Positions 10,705-23,867 of a stretch of 64,000 bases of DNA are shown here, piece by piece. How positions within the stretch are numbered: the stretch's first letter is position 1; each line of letters starts with the position of its first letter. The DNA comes from Octopus sinensis (taxonomy: Eukaryota). The notes beneath the pieces were generated by a model, which was given only the letters and a program-made list of their open reading frames with translations, ran no database searches and had not been told where the DNA came from. The DNA lies in assembly GCF_006345805.1 (NCBI RefSeq), contig NC_043006.1, positions 88,660,001 through 88,724,000 on the forward strand, given 5' to 3'. Both the position numbers and the translations under genes were made by a program.

Positions 10705-13340
10705 ATATAAGGACACAACACAACACAACACAGTGGGGTACATAAAACATATAACGAATGAAATTAAGAATATAATGATATAATGAAAAATGAAATGTCT
10801 TACCTGACCCCCAAAACGAAAGCAGTGTCATTTAACTGATAATGTATCCCATATTAACTTACAGTTCATTATTCATTTTTTCATCGTTTTTTTAAGTCAT
10901 TATTTAAAAAATTTTAAATATTTCACTTACTTTCCTTTATATTAAATATTCTATTATGTCCTCAAATGCCACCACTGGTGGAAGCTCGTCGTATCGAACT
11001 TGTAACGGCGATATTTCAACTTTTTAACCAAATAGTTCCTTTAACCTTTCACCTCTCTCTTTCTCAAGCAAGACTGCCTTTGTTGTCCTCGGTACACTCC
11101 CTCCTTCATAACTTGACTCTAATTACATTTTTCATTTTTGTAACCCTTCTCTCGATCTCTACACTCTTTTTATAGTTTATCATCGTTCGAATGTGTTTTC
11201 CTTTTGGTACCACCTCTTGCTTTCTATCGTTATTCTCTACTGATGTTCCTGGTGTTGTTGTCTCATTCTTCTCTGCATCTCTCTTACTCATTGTTGTTGC
11301 TATCTCTCTTCTCTCTTCCTTTCTTTTCTGCTCATTTGATCTCTCCTCCGTAATATTCCTCTTTGGTATGTCCGGTCTTTCACATTGAGTCTCCTTCTAT
11401 GTTTTCTTGTCTATTTTCCTGTGGACTTTTGGGTGGTAAATTAGCGTTTTCTTCTCTCCTTTCTTTACCCTACTGTATACTTTTCTCCTATATTTTCATT
11501 GCTTTCGCTTACTTGCATTTGTACCTCCGCTCTTTGTTCCCCTTCCTCTTCTTGCTGCTCTTGTTCTATTTACTTTTCTTGTTGCTGGGGACACCTTGCT
11601 TTCATGTGTCCCCTACTCCGCAGTGGTAGCAGATGGGAGGTCTTCCCTTCACTACCACTCTTAATTTTATATCCTCGGGTAACACAATATCTTCTGCTAT
11701 TTTGTGCAGAATCTGGTAAACTGATTTGGACTGTCACCTTGTAATTTTTAGAATGAACTTTATCTCCTACTTAGAAATGTTTTGTATTATTTCTTGTATT
11801 TCCTTCAAATGTATTTTTTGTCTTTCCTTTATTTTTTTTGGCAATAATTGTCTTTCCTTTATTTTTTCTTGGCAATAATTTATCGAAGATTGATTTTATT
11901 TTACGTGCGAACATTAACTCTGCTGGTGAATTTCTTGAATTAGTATTTGGATTTGGCTGTATACTCTCAAAACTTTCGTCGTGCCTCATCATTATCTAGG
12001 TGGTGCCAAACTTTTCTTACAGCTCTTTTGAATGTGTCGACAAATCTTTCTGCCCATTTGACTTCGAGTGGTAGGGCGGGGTAAAGATGTCCTTTATGTC
12101 ATGCATTTTGCAGAAATTTCTGAATTCATATCCTGTGAATTGCGTTCCATTATCTGAAACTAACGTGTCTGGAACACCGTATCGAGCATATAACTCGAGT
12201 AGGAACGTTATTGTTATCTTTCCTGTGAGTTTATTTACATCTGCATACCCATGGCCACCTTGTATTGCTATTCACAACGATAGTATGCGCCGTTCACTGG
12301 TCCAGCGTAGTCGATATGTATCCTGGACCATGGGCTCTCAGTCTCCAGCCACGATTGGTGTTGTACTGGCGGTGCTTTGGTTGTCAACTTGCAGCTTCTA
12401 CATGCTTTCACCAATTTCTCGATGTCCCTGTCCATAGTCGGCCAATATACAAAGCTCCTCATTAAAGCTTTCATTCCCGGGTGCCCACAGTGGAATTGTT
12501 GCAATAATACTTTCTGTAATGCACTTGGTACTACTACTCTCTGCGCATACATTCAAACATCATCGCATAATGAGAAATCTTTTGAATTCGCATTTTTATT
12601 ATGCTTATTTTTCAATAATTCTTTCATTCAAATAATGTAACTATCCTCCACAAATTTCATTTTCTTATCATGAGCTGTCACCGACGCGGCACTTCCTGTA
12701 TTATATTGCACATAATATCTCTTATGTCATTTTCTGACAGCAATGACGCTATCACGGTCTCTTGTAGCGGTTCCATGCTCTTAGGAATTTGCCTTGATAT
12801 GCAGTCTGCATATACTGCATCTTAAAATTGTAGTTCGGCAATATTGTAGCCCCGCATTGTATGGAGTACAATACAATTTGGTCTACAAATTGATAGTATT
12901 GGTCGATGGTCAATTTATAACAATAAACTTCTACTAAGAAGAAATTTGTGAAATATTTTTACCGCAAATATAATCGATAGAGCCTCCTTCTCTATCTGAC
13001 TATACTTTTTTTCCACTCGCTATCTTTCTTTATACATGTGTAACTAGACTGCTCTTATTCCATACTCCGAAACATCAGACGCTACAACAATGTCCATTCT
13101 AGAATCGAAATGCCCTAGTGACTAGTCAGAAATTAATATTTTTATATTTTCAAATGTGTTTTGGCACTAATCAATTCCATTTTACTTCTTTTTTAGTAAA
13201 TCATTTAATGGTGCTCTCAATTTATGTATATTTTGAACAGGCTTGATTAGTTTCCTGAAGCTCAATCCTAAACTGACCGACACTTTATACTCAGGCTGCT
13301 AGACATAAAATATTATTTGCCTTTAGATATCCGATAGATA
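10705..13340 (-). mobile_element. Ty3/Gypsy LTR-retrotransposon 3' remnant (RT end, RNase H, integrase, putative LTR)
   Basis: RNase H DIVVASDVSEYGI and YSQIEKEALSIIFAVK (12.9-13.1 kb); integrase zinc finger HCGHPG...CRSC, PWSRIHIDYAGP, SPAELMFARKI; candidate LTR 10705-10963 with inverted ends TATAAGGACA/TGTCCTCAAA (LTR call weak). Confidence 0.85.
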
Positions 13341-14298
13341 GATTATCATTGCACATAAAACCTTATCAAGCAAAGATGATTCTCACCATTACAACAATCA
13401 CAATAGGCCTAACAAGAAGCCAAAGTGGTTGCCATTATGCAGTTGTCTTTCTTGCCAGGACTAGGAGGGAAATGTTTGATTTTCACGAAAAAATGGTAAG
13501 ATATGCCGAATAAAATAATATAAGATATGTTTGAATAGACGAGATAATCACAGCTAAATTGCTTTCATCTTTTATAAATGTGCTTGATCAAAGCTAGCCG
13601 AGGGTTAAACGATAATAGCGAACTTCTGATACTTAATAAATGTGTAGAAAGACCTATTAGATTTTGGGAGGGGGAGGATTGGGCTTTTTGTTTCTTTTTT
13701 ATTTCATTTTATTTTTATATCCACTCTAGTGATTTGACTGAGAAGATCCTGGCAGTGATGGAACGCACAATTGAATTTTCATGGCAGGGAAAAGTTTTTA
13801 AAAGCTGTGAGAATATTCTTGGCACAACTATATCATGAGCTTTCAGACAGAAAGATGTGATATGTGTGTCAACAAGATACTTTGATAATGTTCACTATAT
13901 GGAAGCATTCAGAATATATGAATATATAAACATGGTTAACTCATTTCATCATAGATGTAGGCTTACTTAATGTATAAATCTTGACATGCGTATGTAAGTG
14001 TATGTATCTATGTATCTAAATGTATCTATGTATCTATGTATGTAAGTGTATGTATCTATGTATCTAAATGTGTAAATATGTATATATAAAGTACAATGTA
14101 TAATGATATATGCATATTCATACACACGTGCGCGCTCACGTACTTACACTATATATACATACATACATGTTTAGATGTGTAAATTCACAGAGAAACATAC
14201 TTAGATTGATAGATAAACAGACAGAGAGAAATGGGGATAGAGTTAGCTAGATAGATCGACAGACAGACAGACAGACAGATAGATAAATAGATAGATAA

Positions 14299-14382
<84 letters not shown>

Positions 14383-14439
14383 ATGGCTTTTTGTCAGTTT
14401 CAATGATAAGGATTCAATTTTTCGAGCAATTAAAACACC

Positions 14440-14545
14440 TGTTCATTGAATTTACATGTAACTGACTGAGTATTCCACAAACACGTGTACCCTTAACTTG
14501 ATTTTTAGAAAGAATGGGCGCGGCACAGGATATGTGACAAGCTGA
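14440..14545 (-). mobile_element. Fragment of SINE family A
   Basis: gagtattccacaaacacgtgtacccttaac is the reverse complement of 2198-2228. Confidence 0.55.
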
Positions 14546-14576
14546 TTATATATATATATACATATATAATATAATA

Positions 14577-14641
<65 letters not shown>

Positions 14642-14875
14642 TAATACATATATATATATATTATATATATAATATAATATAATATAATATAATATAATAT
14701 ATATATTAAAATAGCGCCAATCTAAGATGGCAATCCAGAAAAATAGGACGAATGCTGCCGTTGATTAGCTCCAAGAGAAAGAAAATTGTAGCAATGTTGC
14801 ATTCCCTAACTACACGGGCATATAACATGACAGCCGAAATTCAGGATCTTTAGCGAGACACAACTTTATGTATGG

Positions 14876-14986
14876 ATGTAGCTGATGAGACCCAGACTGC
14901 AAAATGGATGCAATACAATATATTGAACGGAGGCCGGCCAATATGGGACAGCAGCAGGATGGATCGAAACGACAGTTGTACAACAT
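14876..14986 (+). ncRNA. Type I hammerhead ribozyme with extended loop II
   Basis: Stem I ATGTAG/CAACAT (5 of 6), CTGATGA 14882-14888, stem II GACCC/GGATC (4 of 5), GAAA 14966-14969, stem III ACGA/TTGT, GUA site at 14980; lies in a ~320-bp segment between (ATATA)n and (TTA)n. Confidence 0.75.
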
Positions 14987-15025
14987 AAAGATAAATACCA
15001 AATCCATCGTCTCATTACTTAAGAA

Positions 15026-15072
<47 letters not shown>

Positions 15073-15559
15073 CTCGACTAATACTGCGGAATTCCTGAAG
15101 TAGATCCAACGGAAAGACACCGCAAGTGCGGATGACACCAGGTAGCCCAAACTGTGCCAGTACGCTACTCTACGCTTCAACACACTAATCGACATATACC
15201 CATTAGTACAAAATATTAAATATGTATTGTGTGTGCTGAGAGAGAGAGAGAGAGACTTGGTGTGTGCGCGTGTGTGTGTGTATAAGACTTGGTGTGTGGT
15301 GTGTATAAGACTTGGTGTGTGTTTATGTATACATGTATGTAGAGAGAGAGAGAGAAGACAGACCGACAGACAGAGCGAGAGAGGCCTACAGACAGAGAGA
15401 CTCAGAGAGAATGCTATGTATGTTTCGTTTAATATCTAGACATACGTATGTATAAGTGCGAATGTATATGCATTGTGTGTGTGTATATGTATAGATATAT
15501 TTATATATATATATATATATGTGTGTGTGTATGAATATACACATATGTCTGTGTGTGCG

Positions 15560-15591
<32 letters not shown>

Positions 15592-15638
15592 GAATATTGA
15601 TAAGTAAACATTTACATATATATAATATATATTATCTA

Positions 15639-15697
<59 letters not shown>

Positions 15698-16344
15698 TAT
15701 TCACATATATATATATGTATATATATGTATGTAGATATATGTATATGTTTATACACACACATATATACATACATACATGTATATATATACATACGCACAT
15801 ATATATGCATACATACTTATGTACACACAAATTTGTACGTGTGTTTGCCAATGCACAGCGTTTTATGCGCTATGAAATTGGTGTCTCGTATCTCAGTGTT
15901 TCTGTTTGAATATATTATTATTTATATGTGGCGTCATTTCAGCTAATTCAATCAAATCAACTCTGCTTGATATAGATCTATTAAGAAAAATCAATCCACC
16001 CACTTTCTAAAAGTCTATTAAATATAACTACTGTAGATCTTGCTTAATGCCTGCCAGTTCCTGTCGCATTAAATTTTGCAGACTTTTCTTTGATTTTCCC
16101 CTTCGTTCTCCCTATTTCCCTTTTTTCTGTACCTAAAGCGTTTCCACATATTCTTCGCCTCCGCTGTCAAAATTTCTGCCATTTTACGGCGAATGGCGCC
16201 ATTAGTTTTTCGATTTTCTTCCCTCAGTTAATAACCTAAAGAAAGATCGGTAGATTCTTGTCGAGATATGTACACATATGCATACATGCAGGCACATGCC
16301 AACATATACATGTGTACACACCCACAAGTACACACACAGATGCT

Positions 16345-16378
<34 letters not shown>

Positions 16379-16590
16379 GGTGGGGAGAGAGACATTAATT
16401 GATTGATTCATTCATTTATTCATTGGTTGGTTGATTGTTTGATTGATTGAGGGACTGAGTGTGCGTTTCATTGATTGACAGATTGATGTATTGACTGACA
16501 GATTGGTGTATTGATTGATAATAGATGGATGGATGGATATGTGGGTGGGTAAATAGACAGAAAAAGCGATAGGCAGAGAAACAGGCAAAC

Positions 16591-16728
<138 letters not shown>

Positions 16729-16757
16729 GGATGGACAGGCAGACAGACAGATGGATG

Positions 16758-16862
<105 letters not shown>

Positions 16863-17299
16863 GCAAACATAGACAGATAGAGAAACAGACTCAGAGACAG
16901 GCAAACAGGTATTACACAAATGAAACAAGGAAGATTACAAGGCTGAAAGAGCGTAGATATTATAAGCAAAATCAAAAATGGAAAGGTATGCAATGAACAT
17001 AAATAGCCCAATGGAAAAAATGATTAGCATATAACGTTTCCGGTGGTACACGTTACCAAAGAGAAGAAAAAGAAACAAGAGAACAAGAGAAAAATCAAAA
17101 TATTTGATACTCAATTCACAAAGTTTATTTACGTGGCAGGTCTAGTGTAAAAATGCTTATATGCTTGTGATGATTATATGTTTGGTTAAATAATTTTTCA
17201 GTACGTTTTTCTAACCAATTCTAATGAATTTCATTACTACAATGAAGCGCTAGTGCGAACCGATTCATAAAAAAAGTACATTTAAAACATCGTGGACCA

Positions 17300-18147
17300 T
17301 CAGAAATCAAACATGCTGTAACACATGTGTTTAATCTTCTCTTCGGCCAACAAGTTTCCATTCCAGTAGCTATCACAAAAGTCTAAATACGAATTCTGTA
17401 AAAATTTCCTAATCAACAACAATTATTTTTCGAGTATAGGTCCCATAAATTTATTCGCAGTTATTTTTGGAGTATAGGTCCCATAAATTTATTCGCAGTT
17501 ATTTTTGGAGTATAGGTCGCATAAAAGTTGATATCTTTCTTCACGCATATCGTCCCATATATTTCTTTGTTTGAATATACAGTAACTGTACTGATAAAGG
17601 AACAACTATTACAACTATTAAAGGTGTTTCTAAGTAATAACTAAATCATTACATCAAACTTTTTCAAAATTCACTCTTATCCTCATCCGCACCCTTTGCC
17701 GTTTGGTACAAGATATTTCGTTGCTAGTTTATCTAAATTCGTATGAAACTTCAAATCGAAGAATATCTTTGACATTAAGTATGATAGAAAGACACACAAA
17801 TCCCACTTCTTCCTCCACAGATCGCCCACAATCTGAAATATCCTCCCAGCTCATGTGTTTCCTGAAGGTTTAGACTCGCAATAATTTAGGTAAACCATTA
17901 ACTAAATCTTACAAAGAATGCATTTCAAAGACATGTTTCCACAATTCTACCTCATTCCTAGTTTACACACACATTGGTTCCGTACATACGGATCGAAGTT
18001 TATTATTTGCAACAACCTAATTAATCTCCATATTTCAAATTCACCTGTTTTGATGGATTTATTTGCATTGTCGTTAATATATCTTCTAACCTTCTCCCAT
18101 CCCACTCAAAAATCTCTCGTTTAACCCCTTTAGACCATCTCTACTCT
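17300..18147 (+). mobile_element. Possible heavily decayed PLE thumb/linker/GIY-YIG remnant
   Basis: Scattered motif-like pieces (HSYPHPHPLPF, RNNLGKPLTKS, KECISKTC); 38-bp tandem at 17431-17520; adjacent palindrome and HHR. Confidence 0.25.
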
Positions 18148-18232
18148 GCATTACGTATGCATATAATTACACACACACGCACGCACGCACACACACACAC
18201 ACACACATACACACACACATATATATACACAC

Positions 18233-18318
<86 letters not shown>

Positions 18319-18433
18319 CCGTGCGTGCGTGTGTGTGTAATTATATGCAAATAAAATTAGAGTAGAGATGGTCTAAAGGGGTTAAACGAGAGATTTTTGA
18401 GTGGGATGGGAGAAGGTTAGAAGATATATTAAC
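18073..18433. repeat. Near-perfect palindrome centred on (AT)n
   Basis: 75-bp arms 18073-18147 and 18359-18433 are exact reverse complements; inner arms 18158-18190 and 18320-18349 also match. Confidence 0.92.
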
Positions 18434-18450
18434 ACATTTTATCTCACATT

Positions 18451-18921
18451 TTATCTCACCTGTCAGTGTATATATACTGCACGCTTCTTACAGTATTAAG
18501 CGTTTTTAACTCTTATTTCTTGCAACATAGGTGCTTCGGTACCCTCAGTCATAATTAGTGACAATAAAAATTTTTCCATCATGGTGTAATGTTTCGCCTA
18601 GCTGTAAATATTGATTTTTAATATACGCATTAACATTTCGCTAAATCAGCCATAAATTCTTATGCTAAAAATATATATACTGACAGCCTGATTCAGCCAA
18701 ACCATCGAGGTTTTGAGTAGTCACTGCTGACGTACCTCTCGATTGATAGGCGAAACTAGTCTAGTCTAGAGAACTTAGAGACACTCTTGAGACGGTTATC
18801 TCCCCTGTCAGCGTATATGTATTGCGTACTTCTTACAGCAGTAAGAGTCTTTAACTCTTATTTTTTGCAATATAAATACTTCAGCACCCTTAATCAAAAT
18901 CAGGGACGATAAAATTTTTCA
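18451..18921 (+). mobile_element. Partial tandem pseudo-LTR (345-bp period) with degenerate HHR at 18723-18765
   Basis: 18451-18576 is similar to 18796-18921; ACTG-CTGACGT-ACCT...AGGC-GAAA-CTAGT-C-TAGT has palindromic ACTAGT, a GUC site and an A9U change. Confidence 0.5.
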
Positions 18922-19011
18922 TTTATATTATTATATTGTGCTTAGTTGTTTATATTAATTTATATGTGTGTGTGTGTGTGTTTGTGTGTGTGTGCGTGCA
19001 TGTGTGTGTGT

Positions 19012-19385
19012 AGACCCAGGAGTGGATGTATGGTAAGAAGCTTGCTTCCTAGCCACATGATTCCGGTTGGTTCAGTCGCATTGCGTGGCACCTTGGGTAA
19101 GTGTCTTCTACTATAGCCTCGGGCAGACCAAAACTTTGTGAGTGGATTTGGTTGACGGAAACTGAAAGAAGCCCGTCGTATATATGCATATGTATATATG
19201 TGTTTGCCCCCTAACATCACTTAACAACCGATGTTGGTGTGTTTAAGTCCCCCTAACCTAGCGGTTTGGCAAAAGATACCGATATATGTATATATGCCGA
19301 TAGAATAAGTACTGGGGTCGATTTGTTCGTCTAAAAGCGGTGCTTCAGCATCGCCGCAGTCAAATGACTTAAACATGTGAAAGAA
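19012..19385 (+). mobile_element. tRNA-derived SINE family B, near full length
   Basis: tRNA-like head, CORE-like gtggcaccttgggtaagtgtcttct, cttaacaaccgatgttggtgtgttta...ccgatagaataagtac domain, tail gccgcagtcaaatgact. Confidence 0.85.
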
Positions 19386-19566
19386 TATATATATAAAATA
19401 TGTATTATGTTAGTCACACATAATCATTGCGCTATTGTCACTGAAACCCGTGTAAAGATGTCACAAGTAAATAGTTTCACACGATATTCTCCAGTCTTAC
19501 ACCGTGTATTGATGTATACTTTCATGCACAAACGCACAAACGCGCGCGCAGACACACACTCACATG

Positions 19567-19712
<146 letters not shown>

Positions 19713-20559
19713 TTCAATGTAGATATTAAACACACACATGATGCTACATTTACTCTGGCTATGTTATTATTATGTATCAAATTAATAGTACATATACTAT
19801 AATAATGATGAGATAAAAGCGAATATTACTCTGTGTGTGTATGTGTGTGTGCGTCTGTGTGTAATGTCTAAAATGACTCAAGCACGACACAATTAATTTT
19901 GTCTCAACTTGATCTCAGTTCAAATCACTTGGCAAATAAGTACAAGTCTGGAATATAACTAGATATTAGTTGGTTACGTTGGAAGAATTGGTCAATATGT
20001 TTATTGAAGGAACTAACCTCTCAACCCAGTTTTCAGTGGAATGTCAGAGTATTTTCTAGAGGAAAGAATCGTCTGTGTGTTTATTGAATAAAAGATTAAC
20101 CCATTTATTAAATATAGCCATTCTGTCTGTCAGACGAATTAGTAGGCTGATTTATAAGAAAATTTGTAGAAGTTTCGTAACTCGGCGAAAAAAGTAAAAC
20201 TGTTTGAGGATGTTGGATTACAATCAACGATACTGAATATTATATGTCATAGTATGACTTTAGTACTTAATACTCCTATAATATATTATACTATATGACA
20301 TTATATCCTGTACTATGATATTAGTATGTATTACTATTATATCTATTAGTGTTATGATATACAATATTACTACTCTGTATAATTCTATACAATATCTTTA
20401 TACTGGTATTACTGCAAAAGTAATATTCAATACTGTTATACTATCTAATAAGACAATGCTCTTTAGTTCTATTACAATATCCAATACCACAATAATATTC
20501 AATACTGTTATAATATGTAGTAATACTGTGATATCTAAATATATTATAACAGTCAATTA

Positions 20560-20900
20560 AGGCAGCGAGCTGGCAGAATCGTTAGCACACCGGGGTTGAT
20601 GTTTTATCCTTTCGGGGTCGATAAAATAAATAGCAGTAGAACAGTGGGGTCGATTTAATCGACTTAATCCCTCCCCAGAAATTGCTGGCCTTGAAACTAA
20701 TGATATCATAACTTGCAATATATGCGACCAGCTGGCTGAGTTGTTAGCACACCTGACTAAATATTTAGTATTTTGTTCTAAGTTCCGCCGTGGTCAGCTT
20801 TGTCTTTCATCTCTTCAGGGTTAGATAAATTAAGCATCATTTGAGCATCAAGGGCGATGTAAGACTAACCTTCCCGCCCCTAAAATAATTGCTGGCTTTG
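20560..20900 (+). mobile_element. Two degenerate SINE family C copies
   Basis: aaggcagcgagctggcagaatcgttagcac head; tcctttcggggtcgataaa body. Confidence 0.7.
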
Positions 20901-22194
20901 TGCATATAGCGGAAAGAACTGTTACATTCAATATTACTATAATATGTAATACTAATATATTTTCCAATACCGTTATAACATCAAAGACTACCAGACAATA
21001 TATTTAATGCTTTTTTTTATGGTTTTGTCAGAGAAGGCAATACAGATCCGATGGAGAGACACTGAGAATTTGGTGTAAATACTTTAAAAATCGTAGTGTC
21101 CTCTAAATGCACCTAAGATCTAAATGCTGGTGTTAAACTGGTTGCTGGATTGAATACAGGACTATATGATCAGTTCGCCAGACATAGTGCATAAAATCAT
21201 AATATTCTTGGCAAAACTTTAAATCTTATATTTTGTTATCGTGTTTCGTATAAAAATACAAAAACAAACGAAAATATCGAAGGAAAAGAAATATCTGTTG
21301 AATTATCTATGATTTCTTAGATACTGCCATAAGTCTACAGATATAATTTCCTTAGATTTTGTGAGGTTTCCAGCAAGAAATATTTTAAAAGAATTGGATT
21401 CCAAGAGAAAATTTGTTTGGTGCCAGTTCAGTTAATTAAGTTTGTATTCAGCCTTCACAATTGCTTTTATATTCTTGGGCAATACATCCACCGCACACGG
21501 TATAATTGTGGCTAGAAAATAAAGGTCACACGCAGACCATTATACATTATTCAAATACGGTAAAATGTCTAGTAAAAACTTGGGTTAACTCAATAGTGAA
21601 AATGCTACCCTTGCTAGGTAAAGCTGAAAGGCAATGAGGCTATAAGAGCGATAGTTAAATATTCATCGAAGCACATGAGCTGTGTTCTTCATGAAATATT
21701 GAAAGTTTCTTACACTGTTTATTTGAAAATTATATTAAATACCTAAAATGTCTGATATCTGTTGCTGCTAATAAGATTATAATTTGTCAAACGATTAGCC
21801 TCATCTTTAGAATGCATATTTTTCAATATTTACATGTGCATGGTGTTTCAGTGGGTTTATTCTCTTATCATTATCATGTAATTTAATTTAATACCGTCAG
21901 TGGCTAAGAACAGTTCCTGGAACGATATTGATGATCGAAGATCAAGCCAATCGAAATTTTGTATAGCTGTAAATATTGTAAATATACACTCTGGAATGAA
22001 GCTTAAGAGTGTATAATTACTATAGACCTTGGTGGAATTTTGGTAGGGACCGTGACAGAGAATGAGAAGTTGTACTTGCATGGGCATGTTGATATGGTGT
22101 AATGATAATCTTCTATCATAATTATATTCACATCTACAATTGGGTTACAGGAATATCAAATCAACTGTTATTTTATTATACTGCCCTTGGAAGA

Positions 22195-22692
22195 AAGACG
22201 GACAGATTTGACTCCGGTAAAATTTGAACTCAGACTGTAAAGAATGCAGGTATTTTGTTCGACTCTCTAACGATTCTTATTTCTTTATTGCCCACAAGGG
22301 GCTAAACATACAGGAGACAAAGAAGGACAGACAAACGGATTAAGTCAATTACATCGACCCCAGTGCGTAACTGGTACTTAATTTATCGACCACGGAAGGA
22401 TGAAAGGCAAAGTCGACCTTGGCGGAATTTGAACTCAGAACGTAACAGCAGACGAAATACCTATTTCTTTACTACCCCAAGGGGCTAAACACAGAGAGGA
22501 CAAACAAGAACAGACAAAGGATTACGTCGATTACATCGACCCCAGTGCGTAACTGGTACTTAATTTATCGTCCCCAAAAGGATGAAAGGCAAAGTTGACC
22601 TCGGCGGAATTTGAACTCAGAACGTAGCGGCAGACGAAATACGGCTACGCATTTCGCCCGGCGTGGTAACGCTTCTGCCAGCTCGACGCCTT
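22195..22692 (-). mobile_element. SINE family C head plus tandem body array
   Basis: One head at ~22640-22692, then ~185-bp body units in tandem. Confidence 0.9.
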
Positions 22693-23089
22693 ACTCGACT
22701 CTCTAGCGATTCTGTCAACCGATCGCCAATGTGGACACTGGCTGCGATGGTTATACAAATGTGATGTGCTGGGATTACTAAACTGGTGAATGGGTTGTTC
22801 TATTAGTTTAAAGGAGGTGATGTCGAGATAGTGGTCATCATATTATGGAATTAATTATTGTGGTGTTATGTTTGGTTGCGGTTGTTGTAATAGAACGAGT
22901 TTAGTTATTGCGGCTTACTGAGATTGTAGTTATGTGCACTGCTATGGTACTGAGACAGTTGTAATGATGATATTGGTGGTTTGCTTGAGGTACATTATGA
23001 GGTACATTATAAACGAATTTTACAGTTACATTTTCCCCACATGAATAAACTGAGCTCGTCATTGCAAATTAACGGTTTCAAATTTTGGC

Positions 23090-23445
23090 ACAAGATCAGC
23101 AATTTCAGGGGAGGGGTTAAATCGATTACCTGATGAAAGGCAAAGTCAAACTCGATAGTATTTGAACTCAGAACGTAAAGACGAACGAAATGCCACTAAG
23201 CATTTTGTCCGGTGTCGTAACGATTTCGACAGCTCGCCGCCTTAATATAATAATCTACTGAAATTTGGTGGGAGGGGACTAGTCTACAACATCAGCTCCA
23301 GTGTTTCACTGGTACTCAATTCATCGACCCCGAAAGGATGAAAGGTAATGCCGACCTCGGCGGAATTTGAACTCAGAAGGTAAAGAAGGACGAAATGCTG
23401 CTATGTATTTTGCCCAGCGTGCAAACGATTCTACCAGCTCGCCGC
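23090..23445 (-). mobile_element. Two SINE family C copies
   Basis: gaatttgaactcagaacgtaaag...ccagctcgccgc motifs twice. Confidence 0.75.
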
Positions 23446-23551
23446 TCTATCACTGCAAATTATCAATTACACGAGAATTATAGCATTATTTTACTTACAA
23501 GAGAAGACTATACCACTCTACATTACCTAGTGACAACGATACTACATCGCA

Positions 23552-23867
23552 GGGATCTTTTCACTTTGACCGGCAGATTTAAAAAATAATTTTTTGTAAC
23601 TAAACACTTTAAACTTCGTATACTGGTAGAATGTGTCACATAAAACATCTTTTTCTTTTGGCGTTCTTGAGAAAACTCTGTAGTTTGTAAGCTATTTGTT
23701 GTTAAATTTCTCGTATTTCGGCAATTTCAACCAATCAATGACGTCTATTGAGGTGAATACAATTACTGCTGTTGTTTGTCAACAAGAAGTTCCAGTATAC
23801 GAAGTTTAAAAGTGTTTAGTTACAAAAGATTATTTTTTAAATCTTCCGTTCAAAGTGAAAAGATTCC
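23552..23867. mobile_element. MITE, 316 bp, ~75-bp TIRs, 6-bp TSD
   Basis: GGGATCTTTTCACTTTGA...ACTTCGTATACTGG and CCAGTATACGAAG...TCAAAGTGAAAAGATTCC; TSD ATCGCA at 23546-23551 and 23868-23873. Confidence 0.85.
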
